From Chitinophagales bacterium (lineage in GTDB: Bacteria; Bacteroidota; Bacteroidia; Chitinophagales; JADIYW01), in the NCBI GenBank assembly GCA_020636535.1, contig JACJXT010000011.1, positions 776,680-840,679 on the forward strand: 64,000 nucleotides of DNA. Reading direction: 5' to 3'. Below are positions 9,980 through 18,855 of the stretch, piece by piece. The notes under the pieces were generated by a model that was given only the letters and a program-made list of their open reading frames with translations, was not told where the DNA came from and did not search any database. How positions within the stretch are numbered: position 1 is the stretch's first letter; every line of letters starts with the position of its first letter. The position numbers and the translations under genes are program-made.

Positions 9980-11053
9980 TTAATATTTAACGCCAAGTGC
10001 TTTTAGCGTTTCTATATTTAAGTTTCCAACTGGCAAGTTATTATCTTGTTGATATTTAATCAATGCTTGTCTAGTATCTTTTCCTAGAATATTATCTACT
10101 CCAGCAGGACCAACATCATAACCTCTATCTAACAATGCTTGTTGAATTTGAGAAATAGTATATGAAGTTACTTTGTCGCCACATAAAATTTCTTTCCACT
10201 CATTATAACCACCTTTTTTTACGAGTACATTTTTAGTAATAGTTTGATATTCGGCAGGAATAGTTGTTTCTTTAACAGCAGCTGGTTGATCAACTACTGT
10301 TTTCGTTACTGTTTTATATTCAGCAGGAATATCTATTTTTTTAGTGGTAGCTGGAGAAGCTAAAACTGTTTTCGTTACTGTTTTATATTCAGCAGGAATG
10401 TCAATTACTTGTTCAGCAGCTGGAGTAACTAAAACTTGTTTTGTAATAGTCTTGTATTCAGCAGGAATAGTAATTTCTTTTGTAGATGCAGGTTGGTCAA
10501 TTACTTCTTTAGACACTTTTTTGTACTGAGCTGGTACCGTTTCTAAACACATAATAATACAATCATCTGGATCTTCAGACAAACAACCTGATGTTTTTTT
10601 CTTTACCCATTTTGTAGTTTCATCTGCTACTTTAATGGTTTCTGTAACTGTTTTGTAAGTTGCAGGAATAGTTACAATTTTGCTAGACGCAGCTTTGTCT
10701 AATACTTGTTCTGTAACTGTTTTATAAACCGCTGGTGTAGTTACAATTTTTGTAGATGCTTCTTTAATTAGCACTTGTTCTGTAACTGTTTTATACTCGG
10801 CTGGTACAGCAATAAGTTTACTAGATGCTTCTTTAACCAACATTTGTTCTGTAACTGTTTTGTAAGTTGCAGGAACAACTGTTTGAACTGTTTTTGCTTC
10901 TTTTAAAAGCATTTGTTCAGTTTTAGTTTCGTACACATCTGGCATTAAACATTTTGCATAACATTTTCCTGGTTGAGCGTTTGGTGGATAATCATCTTGA
11001 CCAAATGAAATCAAAGACGCTAAAACCAAGGCGTTCAATAAAATCTTCTTCAT
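9980..11053 (-). CDS. Repeat protein with a C-terminal peptidoglycan-binding (PG_binding_1-like) domain
   Basis: Signal peptide, then about nine tandem ~19-aa repeats (PAEYKTVTxxVL). The C-terminus LLDRGYDVGPAGVDNILGKDTRQALIKYQQDNNLP matches the peptidoglycan-binding helix bundle. Confidence 0.7.
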   Translation of the reverse strand: MKKILLNALVLASLISFGQDDYPPNAQPGKCYAKCLMPDVYETKTEQMLLKEAKTVQTVVPATYKTVTEQMLVKEASSKLIAVPAEYKTVTEQVLIKEASTKIVTTPAVYKTVTEQVLDKAASSKIVTIPATYKTVTETIKVADETTKWVKKKTSGCLSEDPDDCIIMCLETVPAQYKKVSKEVIDQPASTKEITIPAEYKTITKQVLVTPAAEQVIDIPAEYKTVTKTVLASPATTKKIDIPAEYKTVTKTVVDQPAAVKETTIPAEYQTITKNVLVKKGGYNEWKEILCGDKVTSYTISQIQQALLDRGYDVGPAGVDNILGKDTRQALIKYQQDNNLPVGNLNIETLKALGVKY

Positions 11054-11153
11054 TTTTTTTTGTTTAAATTAAAAATCGATACTTGTAAAGTTATTCAAAA
11101 TTCAAGCCAAAAGTGTTAAATTTTAAGCTAAGTTATTAACAATTAAGCACATA

Positions 11154-11183
11154 AAACAAAGAGCTGTCTCATTGACAGCTCTT
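11154..11183 (-). terminator. Rho-independent terminator downstream of ilvC
   Basis: Hairpin gagctgtc-tcatt-gacagctc. On the minus strand it is followed by ttgtttt. Confidence 0.6.
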
Positions 11184-11229
11184 TACATATCGTATTTTTT
11201 CAGTATTTAATACTGATTTAAACTCAGAA

Positions 11230-12273
11230 TTACTTTCCTGGTCTTAAACTTCTTACCGTTTTACCAGCTTGCCACATTTCACTTTCTCTTAATTCTTTCA
11301 ATTCAGCTTCTAATTTTTCTCTATAATCTGGTTGTGAGTTCGTATCGATACTTCTTTGAGCTTCTTCACCTTTAGCTACTTTATCATACAATTCTTCAAA
11401 AACTGGTAAAACTGCTTCTCTAAAAGGACCTTTCCAATCTAATGCACCTCTTTGTGCTGTAGTAGAACAGTTGGCATACATCCAATCCATTCCATTTTCA
11501 GAAACCAATTTTATTAATGACTCTGTTAATTCTTCAACTGTTTCATTAAATGCTTCAGAAGGTGAGTGTCCATTTTTTCTTAAAACACTATATTGTGCTT
11601 CCATAATTCCAGCTAAAGCTCCCATTAAAACACCTCTTTCTCCTGTTAAGTCAGAGTATACTTCTTTTTGGAAAGTGGTTTCAAATAAGTAACCAGAACC
11701 AATACCAATTCCTAATGCAATCGTTCTATCAAAAGCTCTTCCTGTTGCATCTTGAAATATAGCATACGATGAGTTTAATCCTTTTCCTTCTAAGAATAAT
11801 CTTCTTAAAGAAGTACCAGAACCTTTTGGTGCAGTTAAAATTACATCTACATCTGCTGGTGGAACAATACCTGTTCTATCTTTATAAGTAACACCAAAAC
11901 CATGAGAAAAATACAATGCTTTTCCTGCAGTTAAGTGTTTTTTTACTGTTGGCCACATTTCAATTTGAGCAGCATCAGACAATAAATACATAATAATCGT
12001 AGCTTTTTCTAAAGCTTGCTCTGGTTCAAATAAAGTTTTACCTTCTACAAAACCATCATTAACAGCTTTGTCCCAAGATTTAGAAGGTCTTCTTTGTCCA
12101 ACAATGACATTAAAACCATTATCTCTTAAATTAAGTGCTTGACCTGGACCTTGAACACCATAACCAATTATTGCAATGGTTTCGTCTTTTAATACTTCTT
12201 TTGCTTTCTCAAGTGGAAATTCAGACCTTGTGATCACATTTTCTTCCATTCCACCAAAATTCATTGTTGCCAT
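11230..12273 (-). CDS. ilvC: Ketol-acid reductoisomerase (class I)
   Basis: NADP loop GYGVQGPGQALNLRDNG, with strong family-wide similarity across 347 aa. Confidence 0.95.
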   Translation of the reverse strand: MATMNFGGMEENVITRSEFPLEKAKEVLKDETIAIIGYGVQGPGQALNLRDNGFNVIVGQRRPSKSWDKAVNDGFVEGKTLFEPEQALEKATIIMYLLSDAAQIEMWPTVKKHLTAGKALYFSHGFGVTYKDRTGIVPPADVDVILTAPKGSGTSLRRLFLEGKGLNSSYAIFQDATGRAFDRTIALGIGIGSGYLFETTFQKEVYSDLTGERGVLMGALAGIMEAQYSVLRKNGHSPSEAFNETVEELTESLIKLVSENGMDWMYANCSTTAQRGALDWKGPFREAVLPVFEELYDKVAKGEEAQRSIDTNSQPDYREKLEAELKELRESEMWQAGKTVRSLRPGK

Positions 12274-12292
12274 GTTTAACTATTTTTATTTT

Positions 12293-12529
12293 TTAAATTT
12301 TATGCAATGATGCAGTAAATACATCAATTTGTTTTTGAACTTGTTTTAATAAGTTGTCTGCTTGCCATTCGTCGCTAGTAAATTCAATAGTAAAAATTCC
12401 TTCCTCATCACTTTTCTTCTGAAAACCAAAATCAGTTACATTAACTCTTCTTCTAGAAAAAATTAACATAAATCTGCCAATAAGTACAGGTTGATTGTAT
12501 GACTCAAAAACTATCTTGTAACGCTCCAT
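12293..12529 (-). CDS. ACT-domain protein resembling a short acetolactate synthase small subunit
   Basis: The 78-aa product aligns by eye to the ACT domain of IlvH/IlvN (ILSVLLEN...GLFS.RGYNI pattern here reads IVFESYN...LIFSRRRVNV). It sits 20 nt upstream of ilvC on the same strand. Confidence 0.5.
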   Translation of the reverse strand: MERYKIVFESYNQPVLIGRFMLIFSRRRVNVTDFGFQKKSDEEGIFTIEFTSDEWQADNLLKQVQKQIDVFTASLHKI

Positions 12530-12614
12530 GCTTATTTTTAGCTTGCTAAAGTTATAACTTATTTTAGATTATTTTAAAACTGTTGTATTAAGATAGTTTT
12601 AATTGGCATATTTT

Positions 12615-12988
12615 AATGAGCATAGTATAAAATTATAAACTAGATTCATTCTGAATTTATTTCAGAATCTTTTACTACATGAATATTTTCAGATTCCGAA
12701 ACGAGTTCGGAATGGAAGTGATACTAAAGCCATTTCTATAATGAGCATAGTATAAAATTATAAACTAGGTTCATTCTGAATTTATTTCAGAATCTTTTAC
12801 AACAAGAATATTTCAGATTCCGAAACGAGTTCGGAATGAGAGAAGTGATACTAAAGTCATTTCTATAATGAGCATAGTATAAAATTATAAACTAGATTCA
12901 TTCTGAATTTATTTCAGAATCTTTTACTACATGAATATTTCAGATTCCGAAACGAGTTCGGAATGGAAGTGATACTATAGCTATTTCT
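12615..12988. repeat. Tandem array of about 3 copies of a ~125-bp unit carrying two hairpins
   Basis: Unit starts at 12615, 12740 and 12867. Each unit contains attctgaa-ttta-ttcagaat and attccgaa-acgag-ttcggaat. Confidence 0.9.
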
Positions 12989-13754
12989 ATTTAGCCAAAC
13001 TAAGTATAGTTGCCACAAAATCGGTAAAATTTTCGGCATGTACCCAATGTCGTGCATTAGCAATTTCTATTAATTGTGCATTTGGAAAGTATTGTAAGCA
13101 AGCATTCCAATTATCAACTGTAATATAATCAGATAAAGCACCTTTTATAAAATAGACTTCGCTTGAAGTATCAACAGCATTTATTGTAGGAAAGTCCATG
13201 ATAATTTCATAGTCTTTTACTAGAATAGGCAAATTACATTTCCATTCAAAACCAGTACTATCTCTTTTCAAATTTTTCAAGACCAATTGTACAATGGCAT
13301 TACTTTTTATTTGTTGATGCAATTCAACTTCTATATCTTTTCGTTGATGATATTGACCAAGTTGCAAGTGTTGCATTGCATCGAGAATGATTTGATGGTC
13401 GCCTTTGTATTTTACTGGTGCAATATCTACCATAAACAATTGATGAATTAATGCTGGTTGAATTAATGCTAAATATGCAGCTGTTTTTCCACCCATTGAG
13501 TGTCCAATAATACTTGTTTTTGTAATTTGGTGTTGTTGACAAAAATCGATAATATCATTTGCCATTAACTCGTAAGACATTGAATTTGTATGTGGCGACT
13601 TACCATGATTTCTCGCATCAATTAAATAAATTGTAAACTGTTCTTCTAATGCTTTGGCTATGGTTTGAAAATTGTCTAAACTGCCTAAAAAACCGTGCAG
13701 AATAATTAAATGTTGATTACCAGAACCAAATTTTTTATAATTGAGTTGTAGCAT
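12987..13754 (-). CDS. Alpha/beta-fold hydrolase (esterase-like)
   Basis: Nucleophile elbow GHSMGG, an HG oxyanion motif (ILHGFLGS) and a C-terminal His (ARHWVH). Confidence 0.85.
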   Translation of the reverse strand: MLQLNYKKFGSGNQHLIILHGFLGSLDNFQTIAKALEEQFTIYLIDARNHGKSPHTNSMSYELMANDIIDFCQQHQITKTSIIGHSMGGKTAAYLALIQPALIHQLFMVDIAPVKYKGDHQIILDAMQHLQLGQYHQRKDIEVELHQQIKSNAIVQLVLKNLKRDSTGFEWKCNLPILVKDYEIIMDFPTINAVDTSSEVYFIKGALSDYITVDNWNACLQYFPNAQLIEIANARHWVHAENFTDFVATILSLAK

Positions 13755-14668
13755 TATTGCATCTTTTTTCTTTTGAGTAAATATGCCATCAGTATTGGAT
13801 AATAGCCTTCATTGATATCTGCTTCTACTAAATCTATTTTATACTGTGTACATTTTACTTTAAGTTGCAATTTTTTATCCTTCATTTTTTTGATGTAATT
13901 GTCTTTGATTTGATTGGGTTGTAACTTAATCGTTTCACCAGTTTCTAAATCTTCAAACAAATAAGGGCGATTTTCAAAATTAAAGTCAATCTCTTTGCTT
14001 TTATCTACTACATGAAACAGTACAACTTCGTGTTTATTGTGTTTAAGATGTTGTAGTGCTAAGAATAAATCTTCTTCATTTTCATTGTCTAACATATCGC
14101 TAAAAATTACAATTAACGACCTTTTGTGTACCGTTTCTGCTATTAAATGCAACGATTTTGCTGCTTGTGTTTGTTTAAGTTGTGGTGTTTGTTTGAGCAT
14201 TTGATACAACTCGTTCATCAACAGTTGATGGTGTTGTGCATTGGTTTTGCTTTTGGTATTGGTGTGAATACGGTCATCGAAAATAGATAAACCAACAGCA
14301 TCTCTTTGTTTTTTTAGTAGATACATGATAGCTGCAGCAGACAATGCCGAAAATTCTATTTTACTAATCTGACCTTTGGTTTTTTCTAATGGAAAGTACA
14401 TAGAAGAAGAAGCATCTATTACAATTTGGCATCGTAGATTAGTTTCTTCTTCAAACTTTTTGGTATAGAGTTTTTCAGTTCTGGCGTAAACTTTCCAATC
14501 GATTTCTTTAATACTATCGCCGACATTATGCAAGCGATGCTCTGCAAACTCTACTGAAAAGCCATGATACGGACTTTTATGTAAGCCAATAATAAAACCT
14601 TCTACAACTTGTTTTGCAAGAATATCGAGTTGGTCGAGTTGAAAATAAGACTGTTGATCTAAAACCAT
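13754..14668 (-). CDS. DUF58 domain protein (vWA-like, MoxR-associated family)
   Basis: Signature DWKVYARTEKLYTKKFEEE followed by a vWA-like region. Confidence 0.75.
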   Translation of the reverse strand: MVLDQQSYFQLDQLDILAKQVVEGFIIGLHKSPYHGFSVEFAEHRLHNVGDSIKEIDWKVYARTEKLYTKKFEEETNLRCQIVIDASSSMYFPLEKTKGQISKIEFSALSAAAIMYLLKKQRDAVGLSIFDDRIHTNTKSKTNAQHHQLLMNELYQMLKQTPQLKQTQAAKSLHLIAETVHKRSLIVIFSDMLDNENEEDLFLALQHLKHNKHEVVLFHVVDKSKEIDFNFENRPYLFEDLETGETIKLQPNQIKDNYIKKMKDKKLQLKVKCTQYKIDLVEADINEGYYPILMAYLLKRKKMQ

Positions 14669-14760
14669 GTTGCAAAATACAAATTTTTGTTGTTAGCATG
14701 CGTTAATAAGGTTTAATGTGTGTTCTACTTGAATAATATTAAAGTGCATTAATGCCTATT

Positions 14761-15465
14761 TGGAGACACTTCGCTATCGCTCAGTGTGACGGTCTGTTGT
14801 TTGGGTGTGACGGTTTGCCTGCTGTGCATAAGACAATGTTGGCTCGGCACAGTGTAATGTTACTTGGGCATAGTTGTATGTCTAGCTGGAGACGCTTCGC
14901 TATTGCTCAGTGTGACTGTTTGTTGTTTGGGTGTGACGGTTTGCCTGCTGGACATAAGACAATGTTGGCTCGGCAAAGTGTAATGTTACTTGGGCATAGT
15001 TGTATGTCTAGCTGGAGACACTTCGTTATTGCTCAGTGTGACTGTTTGTTGTTTGGGTGTGACGGTTTGCCTGCTGGTCATAAGACAATGTTGGCTCGGC
15101 ACAGTATAATGTTACTTGGGCATAGTTGTATGTCTAGCTGGAGACGCTTCGCTATTGCTCAGTGTGACTGTTTGTTGTTTGGGCGTGACGGTTTGCCTTT
15201 TGGGCATAAGACAATGTTGGCTCGGCACAGTATAATGTTACTTGGGCATAGTTGTATGTCTAGCTGGAGACACTTCGCTATTGCTCAGTGTGACGGTCTG
15301 TTGTTTGGGTGTGACGGTTTGCCTGCTGGTCATAAGACAATGTTGGCTCGGCACAGTGTAATGTTACTTGGGCATAGTTGTATGTCTAGCTAGAGACATT
15401 TCGCTATCGCTCAGTGTGATGGTTTGTTGTTTGGATATAGCTTGTTGTCGGCTAGGCAATGAGGT
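14761..15465. repeat. 126-bp tandem repeat: 5 full copies plus a degenerate partial copy
   Basis: The word tggagac recurs at 14761, 14887, 15013, 15139 and 15265, and degenerately at 15391, giving an exact 126-bp period. Copies differ by a few substitutions. Confidence 0.95.
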
Positions 15466-15481
15466 ATTAAAATATAAAAAT

Positions 15482-15517
15482 GCGGAGCGGAAGCCACAAA
15501 GTGGCTTCCGCTCCGCA
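15482..15517 (-). terminator. Strong rho-independent terminator downstream of trxA
   Basis: Perfect 16-bp stem gcggagcggaagccac-aaa-gtggcttccgctccgc, with a T-rich tract on the minus strand. Confidence 0.8.
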
Positions 15518-15543
15518 AAAACAATTTTTGTTTATTAAATAAA

Positions 15544-15864
15544 TTAACCAATTACTGCATCTAACTTCCTTTTTAAGTCAGCTTTAGATGCTAATCCAAC
15601 ATGTTTCTCTACAATTTCTCCATTTTTGAAAAACAATAGGGTAGGAATACTCATTATACCATATTCTGCTGCTATATCTCTGTTCTCATCTACATTGAGT
15701 TTGCCAATTACAGCTTTACCTTCATATTCTGTAGCTAATTCTTCAATAACTGGTCCAATCATTTTACATGGACCACACCACTCTGCCCAAAAGTCTACTA
15801 AAGCCACCGTGTTATCGGCCAAAGCTGTAGCTTTGAAATTTTGTGTGTTTAATTCAGTTGCCAT
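15544..15864 (-). CDS. trxA: Thioredoxin
   Basis: 106 aa with the canonical WCGPC active site. Confidence 0.95.
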   Translation of the reverse strand: MATELNTQNFKATALADNTVALVDFWAEWCGPCKMIGPVIEELATEYEGKAVIGKLNVDENRDIAAEYGIMSIPTLLFFKNGEIVEKHVGLASKADLKRKLDAVIG

Positions 15865-15932
15865 TTTTTAAATTTATTTAGTTAAGTAATTTTACTAACA
15901 AATCTAATCAAAATATGTTCCAAATACTAATT

Positions 15933-16232
15933 TTATTTAATTATGACTTCATTAACAAATGTTCCGTTCATTTTGTCATTTAATCGCTGACAAATTTTCT
16001 GTCGTGCCATAAACAATTCTTGTTTTAACACAGCAGAGTTTACATAAACAATTAATTTGCCTTTGTGATAATAGAGTTTGTCTGTTTTATTGGCTATAAA
16101 ATTGCCCATTTCGCTTTTCCATAGCTGATGAATTTTAATGCTGTCCATTTGTTGGTCTAAACGCATTTCTTTTATCATGGCTTTAAAGACATGATTTAAA
16201 TCTACAAAGTTGCTACTTCCAATTTTACTCAA
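15933..16232 (-). CDS. DUF721 domain protein (recF-associated)
   Basis: Small protein immediately downstream of, and overlapping, recF. This is the typical Bacteroidota arrangement. Confidence 0.65.
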   Translation of the reverse strand: MSKIGSSNFVDLNHVFKAMIKEMRLDQQMDSIKIHQLWKSEMGNFIANKTDKLYYHKGKLIVYVNSAVLKQELFMARQKICQRLNDKMNGTFVNEVIIK

Positions 16233-17322
16233 TGTTTATAATTTTAAAGTCACTAATTGCATTTCGTTCAAATAAATCAGATAGTCTATTTGCCGAAGTG
16301 TCTGTAATAATGGTTTGTCCAATTTGATTGGAAGATACTACTTTTATCAATTGATTAATTCTATTTTCATCTAATTTGTCAAAAATATCATCTAACAATA
16401 ATATAGGTAGTATTTGTAATTTTTCTGCAATGTATTGATATTGTGCTAGTTTTAATGCTAGTAACATAGTTTTTAACTGTCCTTGCGAACCAATTTTTTT
16501 TATAGGATTGTCGTTTAGAGATAAATGCCAATCGTCTGTATGAATGCCTTTACTTGTTCTTTGAGCTGCTAAATCGTAAGCCAATTGTTCTTTAAAAATA
16601 GCTTTAGCACTGTTTTGTAATAAAGCAGAATCGTAAGTTATATTAATGTCTTCATTGCCATTAAAAATAGCATGGTAAATTTCGTTTACGGCTTCTTTAA
16701 AATTGGGTGCATGGTGTTGTCTGTATTCAAATATTTTATCGGCCAATGGGGCTAATCTTTCATCGTAGGTAGCTAATAAGCTTAGGTTTTGCTTTTTGTT
16801 AAGAGCAAACTGTTTGAGTAGTGCATTTCTATTTTGTAGTAGTTTATTGTACTGTAAAAGGAGTCTCAAATAATTTAAATCAGTCTGACAATAACTGGCA
16901 TCAAAAAATTTTCTTCGTTGCTCGCTTCCTGCTAAAATTAGCTGTACATCATCTGGTGCAATAAATACTATGGGAAACTGTCCAACTAATTCACTTTGTT
17001 TTTCTACTACAATATCATCAATAATAAATTCTTTTTTGCTTTGTTTTGCATTTTTAATTACAATATGTTTTTCTAGTGAACCAATGCTAAAATGGGTAGC
17101 AATTCTAAAAAAATCTGAATCAAATTTAAAGTTTAAAGCATCGTGAGCCGTAAAATAACTTTTGCCAATACAGCTATAATAAATAGCATCTATTAAGTTG
17201 GTTTTTCCTTTACCATTATTGCCAACAATTCCAATAAAATTAGCAGCTACATCAAAAGATTGTGTAGTATAATTTTTAAAATGATTAAGTGTTATATGTT
17301 TTACTTTTAAGGTTTGATGCAT
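16225..17322 (-). CDS. recF: DNA replication/repair protein RecF
   Basis: Walker A GNNGKGKTN, an SMC-like signature and Walker B LLLDDIFDKLD. The start is set at the internal Met (MHQTLKVKHITL) because homologs begin there. Confidence 0.9.
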   Translation of the reverse strand: MHQTLKVKHITLNHFKNYTTQSFDVAANFIGIVGNNGKGKTNLIDAIYYSCIGKSYFTAHDALNFKFDSDFFRIATHFSIGSLEKHIVIKNAKQSKKEFIIDDIVVEKQSELVGQFPIVFIAPDDVQLILAGSEQRRKFFDASYCQTDLNYLRLLLQYNKLLQNRNALLKQFALNKKQNLSLLATYDERLAPLADKIFEYRQHHAPNFKEAVNEIYHAIFNGNEDINITYDSALLQNSAKAIFKEQLAYDLAAQRTSKGIHTDDWHLSLNDNPIKKIGSQGQLKTMLLALKLAQYQYIAEKLQILPILLLDDIFDKLDENRINQLIKVVSSNQIGQTIITDTSANRLSDLFERNAISDFKIINIE

Positions 17323-17410
17323 TGATAATGTTGCCAAAATATAAAATTGACACAATTAATTGCATCATTTTAATATAAAATAGTAATTTTGTGGGCTAAA
17401 AAATATTTTC

Positions 17411-18085
17411 ATGGCAAAGCAAAAAGCAAATGAGGCAGACCAATTAAGAGATTTTGTAGATAATGCAGAACATTTTTATGAGCAATATAAATTTGTCATC
17501 TTAGGTGTATTGGTAGCTTTAATTGTTGCAGTAGGTGGTTTTTGGGTTTATAAAAACATGATTAAAGCTCCAAAAGAAGAGAAAGCACAAAATGCAATTT
17601 ATGGTGCACAGGAATTGTTTGCAAGAGATTCTTTTGCATTGGCTTTGAAAGGTGATGGTACTGCATTAGGATTTGAAACTATTGCTTCGAAATATAAAGG
17701 TACTGCTGCTGGAAATACGGCTAAGTTTTATGCTGGTGTTTGTGAATTGCAAACGGGTAATTTTACTGGTGCTATTAAATATTTAGAAGATTTTGATACA
17801 GAAGATGAAATTTTAACAGCTAGAAAATTTGGTTGTATTGGTGATGCTTATGCAGAACAAGAACAAATTGATAAGGCAATAGACAATTATAAAAAAGCAA
17901 TTGATGCAACAGATAATGAGGTGATTGCTCCTTCATATATTTACAGATTGGCAGCAGCTTATGAGTTTAAGAAAGATTATAAAAGTGCTTTAGAGCAATA
18001 TAAAAATGTATTTGACAATTATCCGAATACACAAGAAGCTAGTGCTGCTGAAATGGTGATTGCTAAATTAGAGCAAATGCAGTAA
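17411..18085 (+). CDS. Tetratricopeptide-repeat membrane-anchored protein
   Basis: One N-terminal TM helix followed by TPR-like helical repeats. It lies immediately upstream of ribH. Confidence 0.65.
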   Translation: MAKQKANEADQLRDFVDNAEHFYEQYKFVILGVLVALIVAVGGFWVYKNMIKAPKEEKAQNAIYGAQELFARDSFALALKGDGTALGFETIASKYKGTAAGNTAKFYAGVCELQTGNFTGAIKYLEDFDTEDEILTARKFGCIGDAYAEQEQIDKAIDNYKKAIDATDNEVIAPSYIYRLAAAYEFKKDYKSALEQYKNVFDNYPNTQEASAAEMVIAKLEQMQ

Positions 18086-18086
18086 A

Positions 18087-18563
18087 ATGGCGTCTAGCTT
18101 AAAAAATTTATCAGCATATAATAAAGAAGCAGTACCTACTGTACAAAACAAAAAAATAGGTATTGCCGTTTCTGAGTGGAATGAACACATTACTTTTGCC
18201 ATGCTAGCTGCTTGTATTGAAACACTACAGCAATATGGTTTAACAGATGATACTATTTTTGTTCAAAGAGTTCCTGGAACATTTGAATTGCCGTTTGCTG
18301 CTCAGCAAATGTTAGTACAGCATCAAGTAGATGGTGTTATTTGCATAGGTTGTGTGATAAAAGGCGAAACAGACCACGACATATACATCAATCAGTCGGT
18401 AGCTAATGCATTGCAACAACTTAATATTACACAAAATAAGCCAGTTATTTTTGGTGTACTAACACCTAATAATGAACAACAAGCATTAGATAGAGCTGGT
18501 GGAAAACATGGCAACAAAGGTGTAGAAGCAGCTATTACATTACTCAAAATGCTAGAAGTGTAA
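18087..18563 (+). CDS. ribH: 6,7-dimethyl-8-ribityllumazine synthase
   Basis: 158 aa with the family pattern VPGTFELP...GCVIKGETDHD...GVLT. Confidence 0.93.
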   Translation: MASSLKNLSAYNKEAVPTVQNKKIGIAVSEWNEHITFAMLAACIETLQQYGLTDDTIFVQRVPGTFELPFAAQQMLVQHQVDGVICIGCVIKGETDHDIYINQSVANALQQLNITQNKPVIFGVLTPNNEQQALDRAGGKHGNKGVEAAITLLKMLEV

Positions 18564-18855
18564 GAACTAAGCTTGTTTTATTAGTTTATACTTTATAATA
18601 ATTTACTTTGGTATTATTACCCTTTTAACCTGAGTTCGGTTTAAGTAAATTAACAAAACGCAATAACCAAAATGACTTTTCGTCTTTACGAGCAAATGAA
18701 AGTAGCAAAGTCTACCTGTTCGGTAGATAGGTAATTTACTTTATAGCAGTTCATAGTTTGAGATTGCCACAATTTTGTTCGTTCCTCTCAAAATTTCGCA
18801 ATGGACGCATTGATTTTTAATGGTTTATAATTACAATTAAACTGAATTCAAGTTA

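Noticed and set aside
14752-15393. 213-aa ORF encoding a Cys/His/Met-rich 42-aa repeat protein
   Set aside because: The ORF exists only because the 126-bp tandem unit is a multiple of three and happens to lack a stop in one frame. It has no convincing ribosome-binding or promoter context, and the same core motif occurs as a noncoding solo copy at 7447-7467. I treat it as a DNA repeat and not as a gene.
12540-15470. Possible CRISPR arrays at the two tandem-repeat regions
   Set aside because: In both arrays the whole unit repeats head to tail (125 bp and 126 bp) with no unique spacers between short repeats. No cas genes are present in the window.
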